From assembly GCF_006345805.1 (NCBI RefSeq), contig NC_043001.1, forward strand, positions 4,588,001 through 4,652,000: a stretch of DNA of 64,000 nucleotides. Reading direction: 5' to 3'. Each line of letters starts with the position of its first letter. Within the stretch, counting starts at the first letter, position 1. Origin of the DNA: Octopus sinensis. Taxonomy: Eukaryota. The translations under genes were made by a program, and so were the position numbers. The notes below the pieces were generated by a model that was not told the DNA's origin, made no database searches, and saw nothing but the letters and a program-made list of their open reading frames with translations. Shown here piece by piece: positions 12,427-25,721 of this stretch.

Positions 12427-13737
12427 GAGAGAGAGATGCATTTAAATACATTTATGCATGTGTAAGTCTCTCTCTATTTCTATATACCTATATTCTTGTC
12501 ATTTCACAGTTCCATATTGCCACGTCGATTCTATTGACCCAACAGGTAATTTATCCCTCTGCTACTACGATGACATTTTAAAACTTTTCCTTTTATTTTA
12601 ACTGACACCCCATCTTGGCCTGTATTCACCTAATTTTGAAATCCTATTCAATTCGTTGTATGAGATATGCATCCAGTTATTCTACACCTCATGTTTTCAC
12701 TGAGTCCCCCGCACTTTTTGATATCTCTGTATCTTGGAAAACAACTATATTTCTCAATTAATCCATAGTTAGATATGTCTCTTCTCCTTTGCAAAATTAT
12801 TCAATAAATTTCATTGAAACTTCATAGCAAGATTGCTATTGACACAATGTAACAAATGCATTCTATTCAAAGTTGGACCAATGAAACGTAATAATCAGAA
12901 ACTAAATAATAATCGAACCGTCTTGTAGTTATCTAGCAATAAGCTCTAAATTTAAGCAAGATTGGGATTTGTATTTTGTATTGTTTCTTTTGTGTTTAAA
13001 ACAATCCTTTCGTAAATAGTTTTACCGATTTTATGCTGCTAAAATATTTCAAATATTTATCATTTACGTTTTTATTTTATTTTTTATATTAATTTTAAAT
13101 AACAATAAAATTATAGAATAAGTGTGATTTCCGTAATAGGAAGTATTACGTGAACGAGGTTCTCAACTTACTTGATATATGAAACAATGACTCCTTAAAT
13201 TCTCGTTGAAAATGGTACAATAAATGTATTCATTTCCTTTCAAGTAACGGAAAAATACTCTACGGTGTGTGAGCAAATAATCCTGAGAAAAATCATATAA
13301 TCCGGTATCATATTTTCCAGCGCTTTTCGACTTCTCTTCTAGTTCCGAAACTTTACTATAGAGGTAATATTTCCATATTGTGAATTCATTTATAGCAAGG
13401 GGAATTCATAAAAAATTAAAGGACGAACCGAAATCCGTATTTCGATTTGCGCTATCTTATATGCATACACACTTTCTGAAAATTCATACATTTAATACGG
13501 ACAAAAGAAAATATACAAGTGATATCTTGTGAATATATTACGACACTGAATAATGGGAAGGAAATTCTCCTCGGAATGATATTTCAGCAAAATTACTCCA
13601 ACAGAAATCTGCTGCTTATCACAATACATTCCAATATAGTTACAAGGCATAACATTTTGAGGAATGCGAGTAAATCGTTTACAGTGACGTCAGTGCTCAA
13701 GTAAATATTTTTCAATTCCAAAGGATTAAAGGGAAAT

Positions 13738-13788
<51 letters not shown>

Positions 13789-13906
13789 GGAGAGATACGT
13801 ATTTAAATACATTTATGCATGTATAAGTCTCACCCTGTCTCTATATACATATATTCTTGTTATTTCACAGTTCCATATCGCCACGTCGATTCAATTGAGC
13901 AAACAG
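12427..13906 (+). repeat. Diverged duplication of ~120 bp (12427-12545 and 13790-13906) containing an exon-like cassette
   Basis: Both copies follow (GA)n and contain ttcacag-ttccata(t/c)(t/c)gccacgtcgatt...aacag. Confidence 0.7.
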
Positions 13907-14065
13907 GATGCCATTTTGAAACTGTTCCTTTCAGTGTGGAATATAAACTCAGAACATAACCAATGGGAAGAAATGTTGCAAAGCATTTGTCAGTCCAGCT
14001 ACAAGTTGTGTTGGTCACCTAGTCGCCTTCTAAAGGTCTATCTTTACTGAGAAGGAAAAACAGAC

Positions 14066-14113
<48 letters not shown>

Positions 14114-14168
14114 TCAAATTAATAATAACAAACGATGGATAATTGCCAGGTCATTACAGCTGTTTCTT

Positions 14169-14385
14169 AAGGCGGCGACCTGGCAGAATCGTTAGCACAC
14201 CGGGCAAAATGCTTAGCGGCATTTCATCAGCCGCTACGTTCTCAGTTCACATTCCGCCAAGGTCGATTTTGTCTTTCATCCTTTCGGGGTCGATAAATTA
14301 AGTACCAGTTGCGTACTGGGCTCAATCTAATCGATTTGTCCCTTCTCCACAAAAAATTCAGGCCTTGTTCTTATAGTAAAGAAAG
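14169..14385 (+). mobile_element. tRNA-derived SINE (family A)
   Basis: aaggcggcgacctggcagaatcgttagcac... collinear with the 4837 and 15978 copies. Confidence 0.85.
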
Positions 14386-15159
14386 CTAGCAGTAGGTGAT
14401 ATTTTAATGATTAATAATTTGGGCTATTATATAGGTGGCGTTGATATCATTTAATTAGATAGGATAATGTGCATTGAGTGAATCAAGTAATGCAACTCCG
14501 GACAAGAGCCACACGTAAGAGATTTAGATAGTCTCTTTCCATCGATTGTTTAATATGCGGATCACAAAGAGATGCATCTTGATATAAGGATTACTTGCTT
14601 AGTGGAATTGGACAAACGCTTGCTAGGGTGTGCAGGCTGCTGCTTTAGCTAGGTTAGATATTTTTGCTATCGTTGATGCAGAATATTGGGTGTACCCTGT
14701 ATTATTTACTGCATTTTCGCCGGTGTTTTAAGCGTGAGTGGTGCTTGCATATTCACATCACATCATAAAGTGGTGTGATCGATTTTTGAAATTTTTATAT
14801 GCTTGATGATGTGTTGTTGTAATTGTGGTTATAGGGCACTATATTATGTATGGCTAACATCGATTTTTGTTGCGACTATCCTATTGAGGTCCCCGTGATA
14901 ATAAAAAGATAAAGGAAATAATTACGTGGAATATAGTCTACTTTTCACTGTAGAGGGTTTATATGCTCCGTTAATAGTCCAATCTCTTTAGTCATTGCAC
15001 AGTGATCGCTATAGGTTTATATAAATGCCAGATGGTGCTATTAAGTTAGACGTGGCCTGGGCCTATATTGGCCGAAACCTATCAAAGTTATCAAAGTTAT
15101 TATTTACAAGGTTGCAAACCTCGGCGCCGTATTACAAAACCATACGCACCAAAAGCATG

Positions 15160-15219
<60 letters not shown>

Positions 15220-15223
<4 letters not shown>

Positions 15224-15407
15224 CAAGTTACAAAAAAGTAAAAGACGAGGATCGGTGTGTAAATAACAAAAAGATGTATTACGTTGACGCTCCGGAAGTG
15301 AGAAAGTCTTTTACGTTTCGAGTATACGCTCTTCGACAGAAAGGAACACAGAAATAAACAGGGAGAGAAAACAGAAAAAAGGTTTAGTGGCTAGCGATCT
15401 ATCATGA

Positions 15408-15410
<3 letters not shown>
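15220..15410 (-). mobile_element. TA-embedded short PLE-like element with hammerhead-like motif
   Basis: TA runs on both sides; homologous segments at 505-660, 29055-29165 and 44868-45006. Confidence 0.7.
15308..15343 (-). ncRNA. Minimal hammerhead-like motif with variant core
   Basis: Minus strand cttt-CTGTCGA-A-GAG-cgtata-CTC-GAA-ACGT-A-aaag: 4-bp stem I, 3-bp stem II, palindromic ACGU stem III, GUA site. A6 is replaced by U and there is one extra A. Confidence 0.45.
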
Positions 15411-15444
<34 letters not shown>

Positions 15445-15446
<2 letters not shown>

Positions 15447-15515
15447 CGGGAAGCTTTATGAAAATAGACAAAAGACGAAGGCAGGTGGAAAACAAACGAA
15501 CAATTGTATTAGTAT
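15445..15515. mobile_element. Truncated TA-embedded element fragment related to the PLE-like family
   Basis: aaaagacgaaggcaggtggaaaacaaacgaacaattgtattagta resembles 15240-15285 and 9505-9550. Confidence 0.4.
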
Positions 15516-15554
15516 ATATATCTGTGTATAAGAAAACATCTGGAACTATACAGA

Positions 15555-15725
15555 CACCTTAGCACGTCGGGAAAATACTGATCAGAATTCCATTCATTTC
15601 TGTGTTCTGATTTCAAATTCTGCTGAGATTTACTTTACCTTCATCGCTTTCAGGCTTCACAAAATATGAACCAGTTGTCGACTTACAATTTACCCCGAAA
15701 TTGCTGGCCTTGCACCAAAATATAA
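15555..15725 (+). mobile_element. Degenerate family A SINE
   Basis: ttagcacgtcggg...ttctgatttcaaattctgctgag...ccgaaattgctggccttgcacc. Confidence 0.55.
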
Positions 15726-15977
15726 AACTAATATTTAAGATGAGTGAGATACTTTTGGCTAGAATGTATAAGATTGCATATATGTGTGCTTGTGTATGGC
15801 TGCGTGTGTATGTGTGGTGTGTGTGTGTGTGTGTGTGTTCGTGCATGTGTACATGTGTGTGTGTATGTGTGTATGTTGTGTGTTTGTGTGTGCGAACGAG
15901 AATAACGAAGAGAATGTTTCCATTCAATTTTTACTCCTATTCGTTCGTGTATTTTTGTTAGTGGTAAGTTTTTGTTA

Positions 15978-16203
15978 AAAGGTGGCGAGCTGGCAGAAAC
16001 ATTAGCACGCCGGGCGAAATGCTTTGCGGTATTTCGTCTGCCGTTACGTTCTGATTTCTAATTCCGCCGAGGTCGACTTTGCCTTTCATCCTTTCGGGGT
16101 CGATAAATTAAGTACCAGTGACGCACTAGGGTCGATGTAATCGACTTAATCCATATGTCTGTCCTTGTTTGTCCGCTCTGTGTTTAGGTAGTAAAGAAAG
16201 AGG
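15978..16203 (+). mobile_element. tRNA-derived SINE (family A)
   Basis: Near-consensus copy; imperfect TSD ggtaagtt(t/g)ttg(t/c)t at 15963-15976 and 16202-16215. Confidence 0.9.
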
Positions 16204-16451
16204 TAAGTTGTTGCTTTTGCCATTGAAAACTGAAACAGATCCTTCCTGTAATATGAGACTCCTTGATAAGAAACGGTATCATTTTTACATATTTTACTTA
16301 AATTGTAGAGAAACACTAGTTTCCATATTCGATCGATTTCTACGATTACTCTGAAGCATGACATAACATTCCTTTTAGATATTTCTCTTCGTTCCTGAAG
16401 GAGTTCCCTTCAAAATAAACCCTATTGAAACTTTTAGTAATTACAATTATT

Positions 16452-16760
16452 GGCGCATGGCTCAGTGGTTAGAGCGTCGAGCTTACGATCGTCAGGTTGT
16501 GAGCTCGAATCCCGGACGGGGCTGCGTGTTGTGTTCTTGAGCAAGGCACTTTATTTCACGTTGCTCCAGTTCACTCAGCTGTAGAAATGAGTTGCGACGT
16601 CACAGGTGCCAAGCTGTATCGGCCCTTGCCTTTCCCTTGGACAACATCGGTGACGTGGAGAGGGGAGGCCGGTATGCATGGGCGACTGCTGGTCTTCCAT
16701 AAAACAACCTTGCCCAGACTTGTGCCTCAGAGGGTATCTCTCTAGGTGCACACCCATCTT
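16452..16760 (+). mobile_element. tRNA-derived SINE (family C)
   Basis: A-box tggctcagtgg and B-box gagctcgaatccc, followed by a non-tRNA body (ttgagcaaggcacttt...ctcagctgtagaaatg). Confidence 0.85.
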
Positions 16761-18623
16761 GTCTGTGCGATTGTAAAGAATGTTACAACACGTTTATGAG
16801 CAAATTTTTTTGGGTCTCGCTCTACGAGTTTTCATACATTATCATATAATTATATTTACGTGTGCATTACGTTCTTTGAAAGAATTCGGTTACTGTTTGT
16901 AGAATATGTGGATCTAAATTCTTTAGTCATGCTGATACGGTAGTTGATTGTAACGTATTGTACTTGATCGACATTTGAGTTTATCGTATCTGCATCAAGA
17001 AAGCAGTTGATTTATTGTTCGCAAAGAAGTTTACCTTACATGTTATTGGAAGAGCATTACATTGCATGCATCAGCCTATAATCTTTCCATTAAATCTAGC
17101 ATACATTGAAATGACATCACTTCAAAAAGATATTCTATGTATTATACATTATATGTACTTACGGCAACAAATATACAGATTAAGCGCCAAACATTTTGGC
17201 AAAGACTTAAATTTATTTTACGTTTATTCAAGCAATGAATTAATATTTGATTTGTGGAAGGGAAATGTTTATGCAAACAAAGGCGAGTTTCTGAAGAGTT
17301 TTTGTTTGGCAGTGAGTTGGATACAATTTTGGATATTCGGCTTTTGGCTTTGAATATGATGGTAAATCTCATTAATGGTAACATCGCGATGTAAAGTTTT
17401 GACATCTCCTGAAAATATCACGGGGATTATATTGGAAGATGTCCTCATCCTGTTTAAATATTGCTCGCAGCTTGCTATTTAACGGAAAGGTTAGCTAAAA
17501 AGAAATACCTGCTATTTTCATCAAGATGATAAGCATATATATTTGCACATTTTCTAGAATGAACTTAATATACACTCGCATAATGAATACATGAAATCTA
17601 TATACGAGTAATAACGGCATCTATATATTTTAGGAAAGAAAATATATCCAGCAGATATGTATATTTATACAAACATATATTTATACAAGAGTGAAAAACC
17701 CGTGTTTTGTTTCAATTTTTGATGAAATTTATGTGCAAATAATCCGCGTAATTGGTATTTACATTTTTCATGTTAATTAACATTTTTCATGTTAATTATT
17801 TCGGCTTCTTTATCTTTATTTTCAGAATGCTTGCGACTAAAAGAAAGTTCTCAACTAATTCATGGTATTATATTCATCTTTACAAGGAAAACAGGAAACT
17901 GACATATATTTTTGTGTGTCACGTATTCTCTACTTCTTTCTTTCTTTCTGCTTATATACGTTTTGCATGCGCACGGACACGTGTGTGTGTGTGTTTGTGT
18001 GTTTGTGTGTGTGTTTGTGTATGTGTCTGTGTATGTGTGTGTGTGTTAGTGTGTGTTTGTGTGTGTGTGTATCTCTTCATGTGGACTTACTCTTTTGCTT
18101 ATAGCAAATTTCATAATTAGGAACAGACACGCGCATAACTCAATAATAGTCAATAATCACCATGTTCTACACAAAGTAATAAATATGTTAATATGTTTAA
18201 ATGGAGGAAACATTAAAATTTAAATGCGTACTTATAATCAAGCATTTTATAATACAGTTAGTTTAATGACATCTTGTAATTATATGTGACGTACATACAC
18301 TTATGACCTCATGTCGGAGGAGTGTCACATCCTGCAATAATTGTAAGTTTCTACAAAAACAATAGTATCAACACAGTTTACGTCAATAGAGAACAATGTG
18401 AAGAGCTTTCTGATCAGTGCACGTCAGCACTTACTACGGTTTGAACTCACACAAACGACAAGATGCGTAAACTATAATGAAACTATACAACATCGTACGT
18501 GTGTGTTGTGAAATTCTCAGGTCGTATTAAAGCACGGGAGATTAACATCCAGCCAGATACTTGCAGAACTAACATGCAAAGTTAAAGACTATGCATACGA
18601 ACGTTATGTAAAGCATAGGTGTG

Positions 18624-18780
18624 GAGGCGCAATGGCCCAGGGGTTAGGGCAGTGGACTCGCGATCGTAGGATCGTGGTTTCGATCCCCAGACCGGGCGTT
18701 GTGAGTGTCTATTGAGCGAAAACACCTAAAGCATTACGAGGCTCCTGTAGCGAACCCTGCTGTACACTTTCCGCGAAAAT
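18624..18780 (+). mobile_element. tRNA-derived SINE head (family D)
   Basis: gcaatggcccaggggttagggcagtggactcgcgatcg...ggtttcgatccc; homologous to the minus-strand copy at 23042-23410. Confidence 0.8.
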
Positions 18781-18955
18781 TTATCTCACTCTTTCTTCTT
18801 GAGCCTAACCTAGAAACAGGGATGCTATATATCTGAAGAAATTTTTTGTGGTTAATACAGTTTTTTCGGAGTATTCTTGCTCATTTTCATGATTCTGATA
18901 TTTTAATTTTTTGTTGCAGATTATTGAATGAACAAGCTTCGAGTTTACAAGGAAA

Positions 18956-19980
18956 ATGGAAAGAAACTGAGTATCGTGCTGTCATAGATTACCTTCATTT
19001 GAAAGGCATGACTCCGTCAGAACTTCGTGAAGATAAGGTAAAAACCTTAACAGACAATGCTCCTTCATATTCAGCAGTCAAACGCTGGATAAATGAATTC
19101 CAGGGAGAGTGTGGAAGATAATCCCACACCAGGGAGACCTCCAACTGCAACCATCGAGGACAACATCGACCTTGCTCTTGGTATGATAATGCAAGATCAT
19201 CGAATATCATGTCGTCAGATAGCCGAGAGACTGGATGTCTCGACTGAAAGAACAGACAAGATCATGACAAAAGCAACTGGGTTCTCAAAGGTTTCTGCAA
19301 GGTAGGTCCCTCGCCTTTTGACTGCTAAACAGAAATGCACCAGGTGCACTTTGTCCACAAGCCACCTGGAACTGTTTGAAGCCGATGAAGAAACTTTTCT
19401 TGTTTGTTTCATTACTATGGACGAAAGTTGGATTCATCACTTCCAGCCTGAAACCAAAGAACAATGAAAGCAGTGGAAGCACACATCTTCCCCTACTCCA
19501 AAGAAGGCCAGGGTCATTCCTTCAGCTGGCAACGTCATGACGTCCGTTTGGGGGGACTCTTGATTGATTAGATTGAAAAGGATCACAACGGGACAGGGCT
19601 GTATTATTCTCAGCAACTGAAACGCCCCCGAGAAGCAATGAAAGAAAACATGTCTGGAATGCTCAGCAGAGGAGTCGTTTTTGATCACGGTAATGCTCCA
19701 GCCCACACCTCAGTGGTTGCCATGGCAGAAATTCGTGACTGTGGATACGAACTTGTACCCCATCCGCTTTATTCGCCAGATTTAGCCCCCTCTGACTTTC
19801 ATCTATTTCCAAAAATTAAAAGAGCCTTGGCTGGTCGCCATTTTGCCAGTGCCAATGACGTCATAAACACTGTAGGAAGTTTCTTGGAGCCTCAAACAAG
19901 TTCTTCTACGCCGGGATAATGGCGCTTCAGCACCGCTGGAGAGAGTGTTCAGCCATCGAGGGGGACTATGTTGAAAAATA
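18956..19980 (+). pseudogene. mariner-family (DD34D) transposase pseudogene
   Basis: EYRAVIDYLHLKG, PSYSAVKRW, GRP, R*VPRLL, TMDESWIHHF, HGNAPAHTS (second D mutated), HPLYSPDLAPSDFHLF, GDYVEK*. Stops and frameshifts present. Confidence 0.92.
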
Positions 19981-22095
19981 AATCATCTCTGGCAACATTT
20001 GAACTCGTGAGCCACTTCACTGATTTTGCAGTTAAGTAGAGTACAATATATTGTGAACGATTTTATACTGTGAAGACCCATAAAAGTCGATAGAAGGAAT
20101 AATATTGACCAACCTCGTGGCGATATACATAGAGGACCTCGCAAAAGTAATGTAATACGGAATTAGATATATTTGCACATGGTTTACACTATCGGATTGC
20201 TATCAAGAGAGATTGCTGAATAAAATGCAAATTCCATGTAACAAAATGTAGAAAAATAAATAAAAAATAAAGTTATTAAATGAAGTAAAAAATGACTTCC
20301 TTCAATGAAGAAAAGACGCGTTTGAACGACTGCATTCTCTTAAGAGATTTACTGAAGACTTCGATCGGCGTGTCTAAGTTGAAATGTTATATACCACATT
20401 ATATGGAGTGACCACATCGCTAAAACGCTGATGTGATCAGCGAAATGAGATCAAAGTTATCCGGTGCAGAAAGCCGCACATCACCATCCTTGACTGTATG
20501 TCATGTGATCATTCACCTGTGTAATCAGAATGGTTTTTGTAAAGCAAAGACATGAGAGTTACGTCGAATTAAACATTTCTCTTGCACGAGGGTCAGTAAA
20601 GAGATGTTCCATGGGATATAAGTCGAAGACAATTCACATGTACTTCTGATTATATTGCATGCGAAACTCGAAACGGTATTCGCTTATTCGAACAACATCG
20701 GTGAGATACAGTTCAGTTCTGTAGCGGTAAGGAAGCAGTACGTATTGAAACTGGTATATATACAGAGACAAGAACTCTTTATCGCTAAAATATACATTTG
20801 TCGGGAATTTTACTGAATTTTTATAGCAGAATCTGCCTCGTAAATCATTACGAGGGAAGCAGACTATATATATATATATATATGTATATGTTCGTATGTG
20901 TGTGTATAACTACGTATATACATATACGTAGTTATACACACACATACGAACACATACAATTTTATAACAGTGACATATATGCCATGCACATGTTTCTGCA
21001 TTTGTGAGTGTGTTTGTACATGTACACCCACACCCACAAGCAAACACACAGACACACAGACACACATATGTATATACCTAGAAGATGGAAAGAGATAGCG
21101 GGATGTGTATATCGATAAATATATCCAGACTATTTCTTTACTTGTTTTTTTTTACCATTAGTGCATATGCAGTTGCGCCCAATTCAAATTTTGCTAACGG
21201 TTTTTTGTGCATTTAATTTTACCGTTATATTTCTTAACAGTCGAGGACAGTAATTTTAAATTGAAGAAAGAAAAAAATGAAGAAAGCAAAACATCAAAAA
21301 CATTGAGAAGAGAAAAGATATGAAACATGACGAAAATACCCAAAATATAATTAACTGATAAGCCATTGCGAAATAACATTAACTACGCAGTTATGTATTT
21401 AAAGTGTTGTATGGCGACAAATAGCCATGTAAGTCTTTAAAAGTAACGATTAAATTATGTAGAATGGGGGTTGGTAAATGGTGGACTTAACTGGATTTTC
21501 AAATTGATATGGCTATTAATTTGGTGATCTTTAGTCATCTTTAACGGATGATTGATGCCTGTACTATGAAGCTGTCATCTCATAAGCAAGCATCACATTC
21601 ATTTCCATTAAAATTCTTTTCCTTAGCGCTAACCTTATGAAGACGTCTACAAACTATGGGGTGAGAAGTTCAGCTGTTATAGGTTCTACTATCATACTTG
21701 ATACATGAGAAATCTATTTCTATATGATATCTCACGGCAGCGACTACATCAACCACACCCACCATCACCACCTTCACCACTGCTGTGTGACGACACTTTA
21801 CCAAAGACAGCCATTACCGCCACTCATTTCTTATGTTACTACTAAATATATCGCTTTCTGGTTTCTAGTTTTAATGCGATGTAAGATTTGTGAAATCAGA
21901 CAGTAGCAACACACACTTTTTTCAAATTATTTTAGACCAAAGAAATACAAAGAAGATAATTATCATTTTAATGAAGATAGGTCAGTTCCCTTGTGACCAT
22001 TTTCATTAAGTCATTATATAAACTCATAGCAAAAGGATGTTCAGTTGGTGCTGTTAAACTCCTTCGTTTCTAATTGTCTCCCAGTGCAAACTATA

Positions 22096-22313
22096 TATTT
22101 CTTTACTACCCATAGAGGGGACAAATAAGGACAGACAAAGGGATTAAGTCGATTACATCGACGCCAGTGCGAAACTGGTACTTAATTTATCGACCCTGAA
22201 AGGAAGAAAGGCAAAATCGACCTCGGCGGAATTTGAACTCAGATCGTAACGGCAGACGAAATACGGTTACAAATTTAGTCCAGCGTGCTAACGTTTCTGT
22301 CAGCTCGCCGCCT
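22096..22313 (-). mobile_element. tRNA-derived SINE (family A)
   Basis: Reverse complement of the consensus; 18-19-bp TSD tctcccagtgcaaactata at 22077-22095 and 22313-22331. Confidence 0.92.
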
Positions 22314-23041
22314 CTCCCAGTGCAAACTATAACTGGGATGGAAGGTGCACTGTAACAGAAAGCGACCCATTACAATCCCACTGATAGTTACCCTCATTTT
22401 TGTTAGTCGATACAACAGTATATGTGTAGAATGTAGCGTGTGCATTTCAAGGACGCTCAACAGATTCTTGCTGTGCGTGTGGCATTGTGTTTTCTTAAAC
22501 ATCAACAGTTTTAGCAATAGGTAAGAACGGCACCACTAAATTTAGTTTTCTATTAGAGTTGGTTACATTTCTACGTAGCCTTACAGTTCATGATCGCCTT
22601 AAATTCGCACATACGTCACGAAATTCTCCGACTGCCATTGTTAGCACCATTTTATGTTAACGTAGCTTGCACTGACACAGGATTATAGAGAGGTATATAA
22701 TCTGGTTATTTGGATTTCTCTTACCATAGTCTACAATGTGGGTTTCTTTGTGTATTACAGTTGTGAGTCGCTGTTTCAAGGAAATTGGACAACTATAGAG
22801 AGACGTCCCTTATCGTCGCATTGTTGCTGAGTCTGATACTATTGGGAGGATTTTAATACTGCAGCTGTTGAATGAAACCCATATTAATTGAAAATGATCA
22901 AAAAATAGATTCTCTCTAAATGAATCTTCGATAATATTAAATTCACAGCATACATATGGATGCTGGGTATTATGTTATCGAGATAGTCGTGTCGAATCAA
23001 CAATCAATACCGAAAAACCGATATTTCCCTAGCATAATGCC

Positions 23042-23410
23042 GTTGCACTCTGTCGGTTACGCCGACGAGGATCCCAGCGGATACGATCAACGGAACAGCC
23101 TGTTCGTGAAATTAATGTGCAAGTGGCTGAGCACTCCACAGACACATGTACCGTTAACGTAATTATCAGGTGAGTTCAGCGTGACACAGAGTGTGACAAG
23201 GCTGGCGTTTTGAAATACAAGTACGACAGAAACAGGAAGCGTGAGAAAAAGTTGTGGCGAAAGTGTACAGCAGGGTTGGCCACTACACCCTTTCGAGCGT
23301 CGTGGAGCTTTAGGTGTTTTTACTCGATAAGCAGCCACAACGCCCGGTCTAGGAATCGAAACCACGATCCTATGACCGCGAGTCCACTGTCCTTACCACT
23401 GAACCATTGC
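23042..23410 (-). mobile_element. Full-length tRNA-derived SINE (family D)
   Basis: Minus-strand head gcaatggttcagtggtaaggacagtggactcgcgg...ggtttcgattcc, body ...gtgtctgtggagtgctcagccacttgcac... and tail gtaaccgacagagtgc. Confidence 0.85.
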
Positions 23411-24127
23411 TCTTTCATCCTAGTATGATACATAATGCATTAAGCAATATCGCATTTCGTGGAACGCTCCCAACTGTATCACTTTATATTGCCAATAGGA
23501 AGCTCATGTCATAATATATTTCATTTTCATATCAATGCATATTACGATACTTGAAATTGTTTTGTTTTGTTTGTTTTTACAGGACTTTTGTTGTCATTTT
23601 ACCTCTTTTTTTTTCGCGTGTTGTAAGAGTTATCTTATTGCGCTCCTTCCAAATATTTGTATTCCTTAAAATCTCAGGGAATAAGTATTTTTCTTCCACT
23701 GCAGAGGATGACTGTTTACATGTCATGTCAGAAATAAAAGTTCCACAAAAAATACTGAAACGTATTTCTCTAACCATCTTTAATTGTCCAATGGTGAATA
23801 TCATCATTAATTGTTCTCTTATTATTTGTTATCACAAAAGGTTAGAATATTGATATTCTCATTAACATTTTATCTAAAATGCGTATCATCCCTTTGTCTT
23901 ACCTCGAATTCGAGAAGTTTGTCTTTTTTCAGAATATATCTCTAAAATATTCTATCCGTATATTCGTGTAGATTGCTCTAGATGTCAATGTACTTGGAAC
24001 ATTCTTTCTAAAACACCTCATTATCCTTCCTCAAACAATGCACTTTGCAATTTGTACGATTGTCTATTAGCTACAACAAAGAATGTCACGAAAAACTAAT
24101 TATGAGGACATATATATATATATAAAT

Positions 24128-24321
24128 GTGATCGCGTGTGTATCGTTGGCGATATTTTTCCTCCGTCTTCCCTTCCTAGGATCTTTTCTTTTCCTATGAT
24201 TCTGACGAAGATCTCTGCTCGAAACGTTAAATCCTCCTTCTTTCCTTCCTTTCCAGAGCGTCCAATAACACTATACTTGTTCCACGTCCTCGCGTTGTTG
24301 TGTTTTCATGTTTGGGTGAAC
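24128..24321 (+). mobile_element. TA-embedded short PLE-like element with hammerhead motif
   Basis: Reverse-complement homologue of 141-344. Contains CTGACGA (24202-24208)-A-GA..CTC-GAAACGTT (24221-24228). Confidence 0.7.
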
Positions 24322-25721
24322 TATATATATATCATTGTTATGCTATAATTATAATACAATTGATCTCTTAATTATTCAATTGCAACATTCTGTTACTATA
24401 ATATAACGGTAATATCTTGGAAGAGGACGATGGCGCATATTTATATCCGCCATTGAGGATTTCCACGGTCACTCACTTCATATACAATTATTTAACATTA
24501 TCTCCCTTGGCCCAAGAAGACCATGATTTCATGATTTACATGATTTCACTGCTCTTGTCAGTTATCTCACATTGTAGACTCTCGTAACAGAAATATTAAT
24601 TACCAGATGCTAGATTGCTATAATCCTGTGTTAATTCCAGCTTCGTTAACACAAAATGGTGTTAACAACGGAGGTGGGAGGATTTCAGACATACATATCG
24701 GCAATGACACTGGAGCATTAACACTAAAGCTGTATAAGTTGGAGTAAAGATCTCGTGCAAATATTTAGTAACACAGCAATGAAACTGAAAGTGAACACTA
24801 TCAATGAGAAGGATTGTTGAAACAGGTAAACCACCAGCAACAGCAATATCCTCGGGAAATGAAAAATTGTGGATCATTCGTTTAAAAACATACAGCTTAG
24901 AACTGTAAGTACCGAAACGGTTGAATCCAATCTGTGGGCAACCTAATCGGTTGGGAATTAAAGCCGAGCCATTTACAAAACACAATGAAACGTTTAAATG
25001 ATGGATTAGTTACAAATACTCGAACACAAATACATTTTCAGGACCAGTCTAATATTGATAATTTTTCTGTCTGGTTAGTGTTAACCTAGGGTTATATATC
25101 AATAGTAGCTTACTCTATATGTTGATAGACAAGGCGATGCCAGATTCACTGAGAGAGAGACAGGGTAGTTTTCTTTCTTTTGAATTTAATATGTGAATTA
25201 TCTGCTGAGTCAGCAGAAAATCTTGCTATTACGAAAACAACACAAATAATCGGATAATCAGCAATTTTAATGGTGCTGGATATTTTATTTCGTTTAGTAA
25301 GGAGACAATCGAGAAATTAAAATCAGAATATAATCAGTCAATGTTTTGTATGATTGCATAGCTGTTAGTACATCAGGAAATGAAAAATAAATGAAAACGA
25401 AATATACATTTGCCTGTCACTTCTACTCTGCTATTAGATGCAATCAGCGATGTTGTCAGTTACTAACTGCGTGTACTTGATAATAGACATTGATGGAATT
25501 CAATGGATGAATTCGCTATTAAAATATGAGTACTATCCCGTTGCTATGTTAATTCTTAGTTTGGATAGGTTTTGACAAACAACATTTTCAGGCAGATTCT
25601 ATGCTTAGCATATCTGCCAAATGAGGATCTAGGCAAAAAAAAAAACACAAACAAAAAAAAATCTTCAGAATATTGTCAACATTTCTCTACATATAGTTCA
25701 TAAACTTATATGGATGGGCAA

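Noticed and set aside
16452-16525. tRNA gene
   Set aside because: A and B boxes are present but there is no acceptor stem and it continues into a SINE body. The same holds for the heads at 18624, 23410 and 37650.
20101-20856. Possible mariner TIR ends (ttgaccaacctcgtg at ~20105; cctcgtaa-atca-ttacgagg at 20836-20855)
   Set aside because: No matching left TIR found for the 19-kb mariner; the matches are too short to support a call.
24641-24735. Candidate exon SLTQNGVNNGGGRISDIHIGNDTGALTLK
   Set aside because: Weak donor, stop shortly after, and only superficial cadherin-like resemblance.
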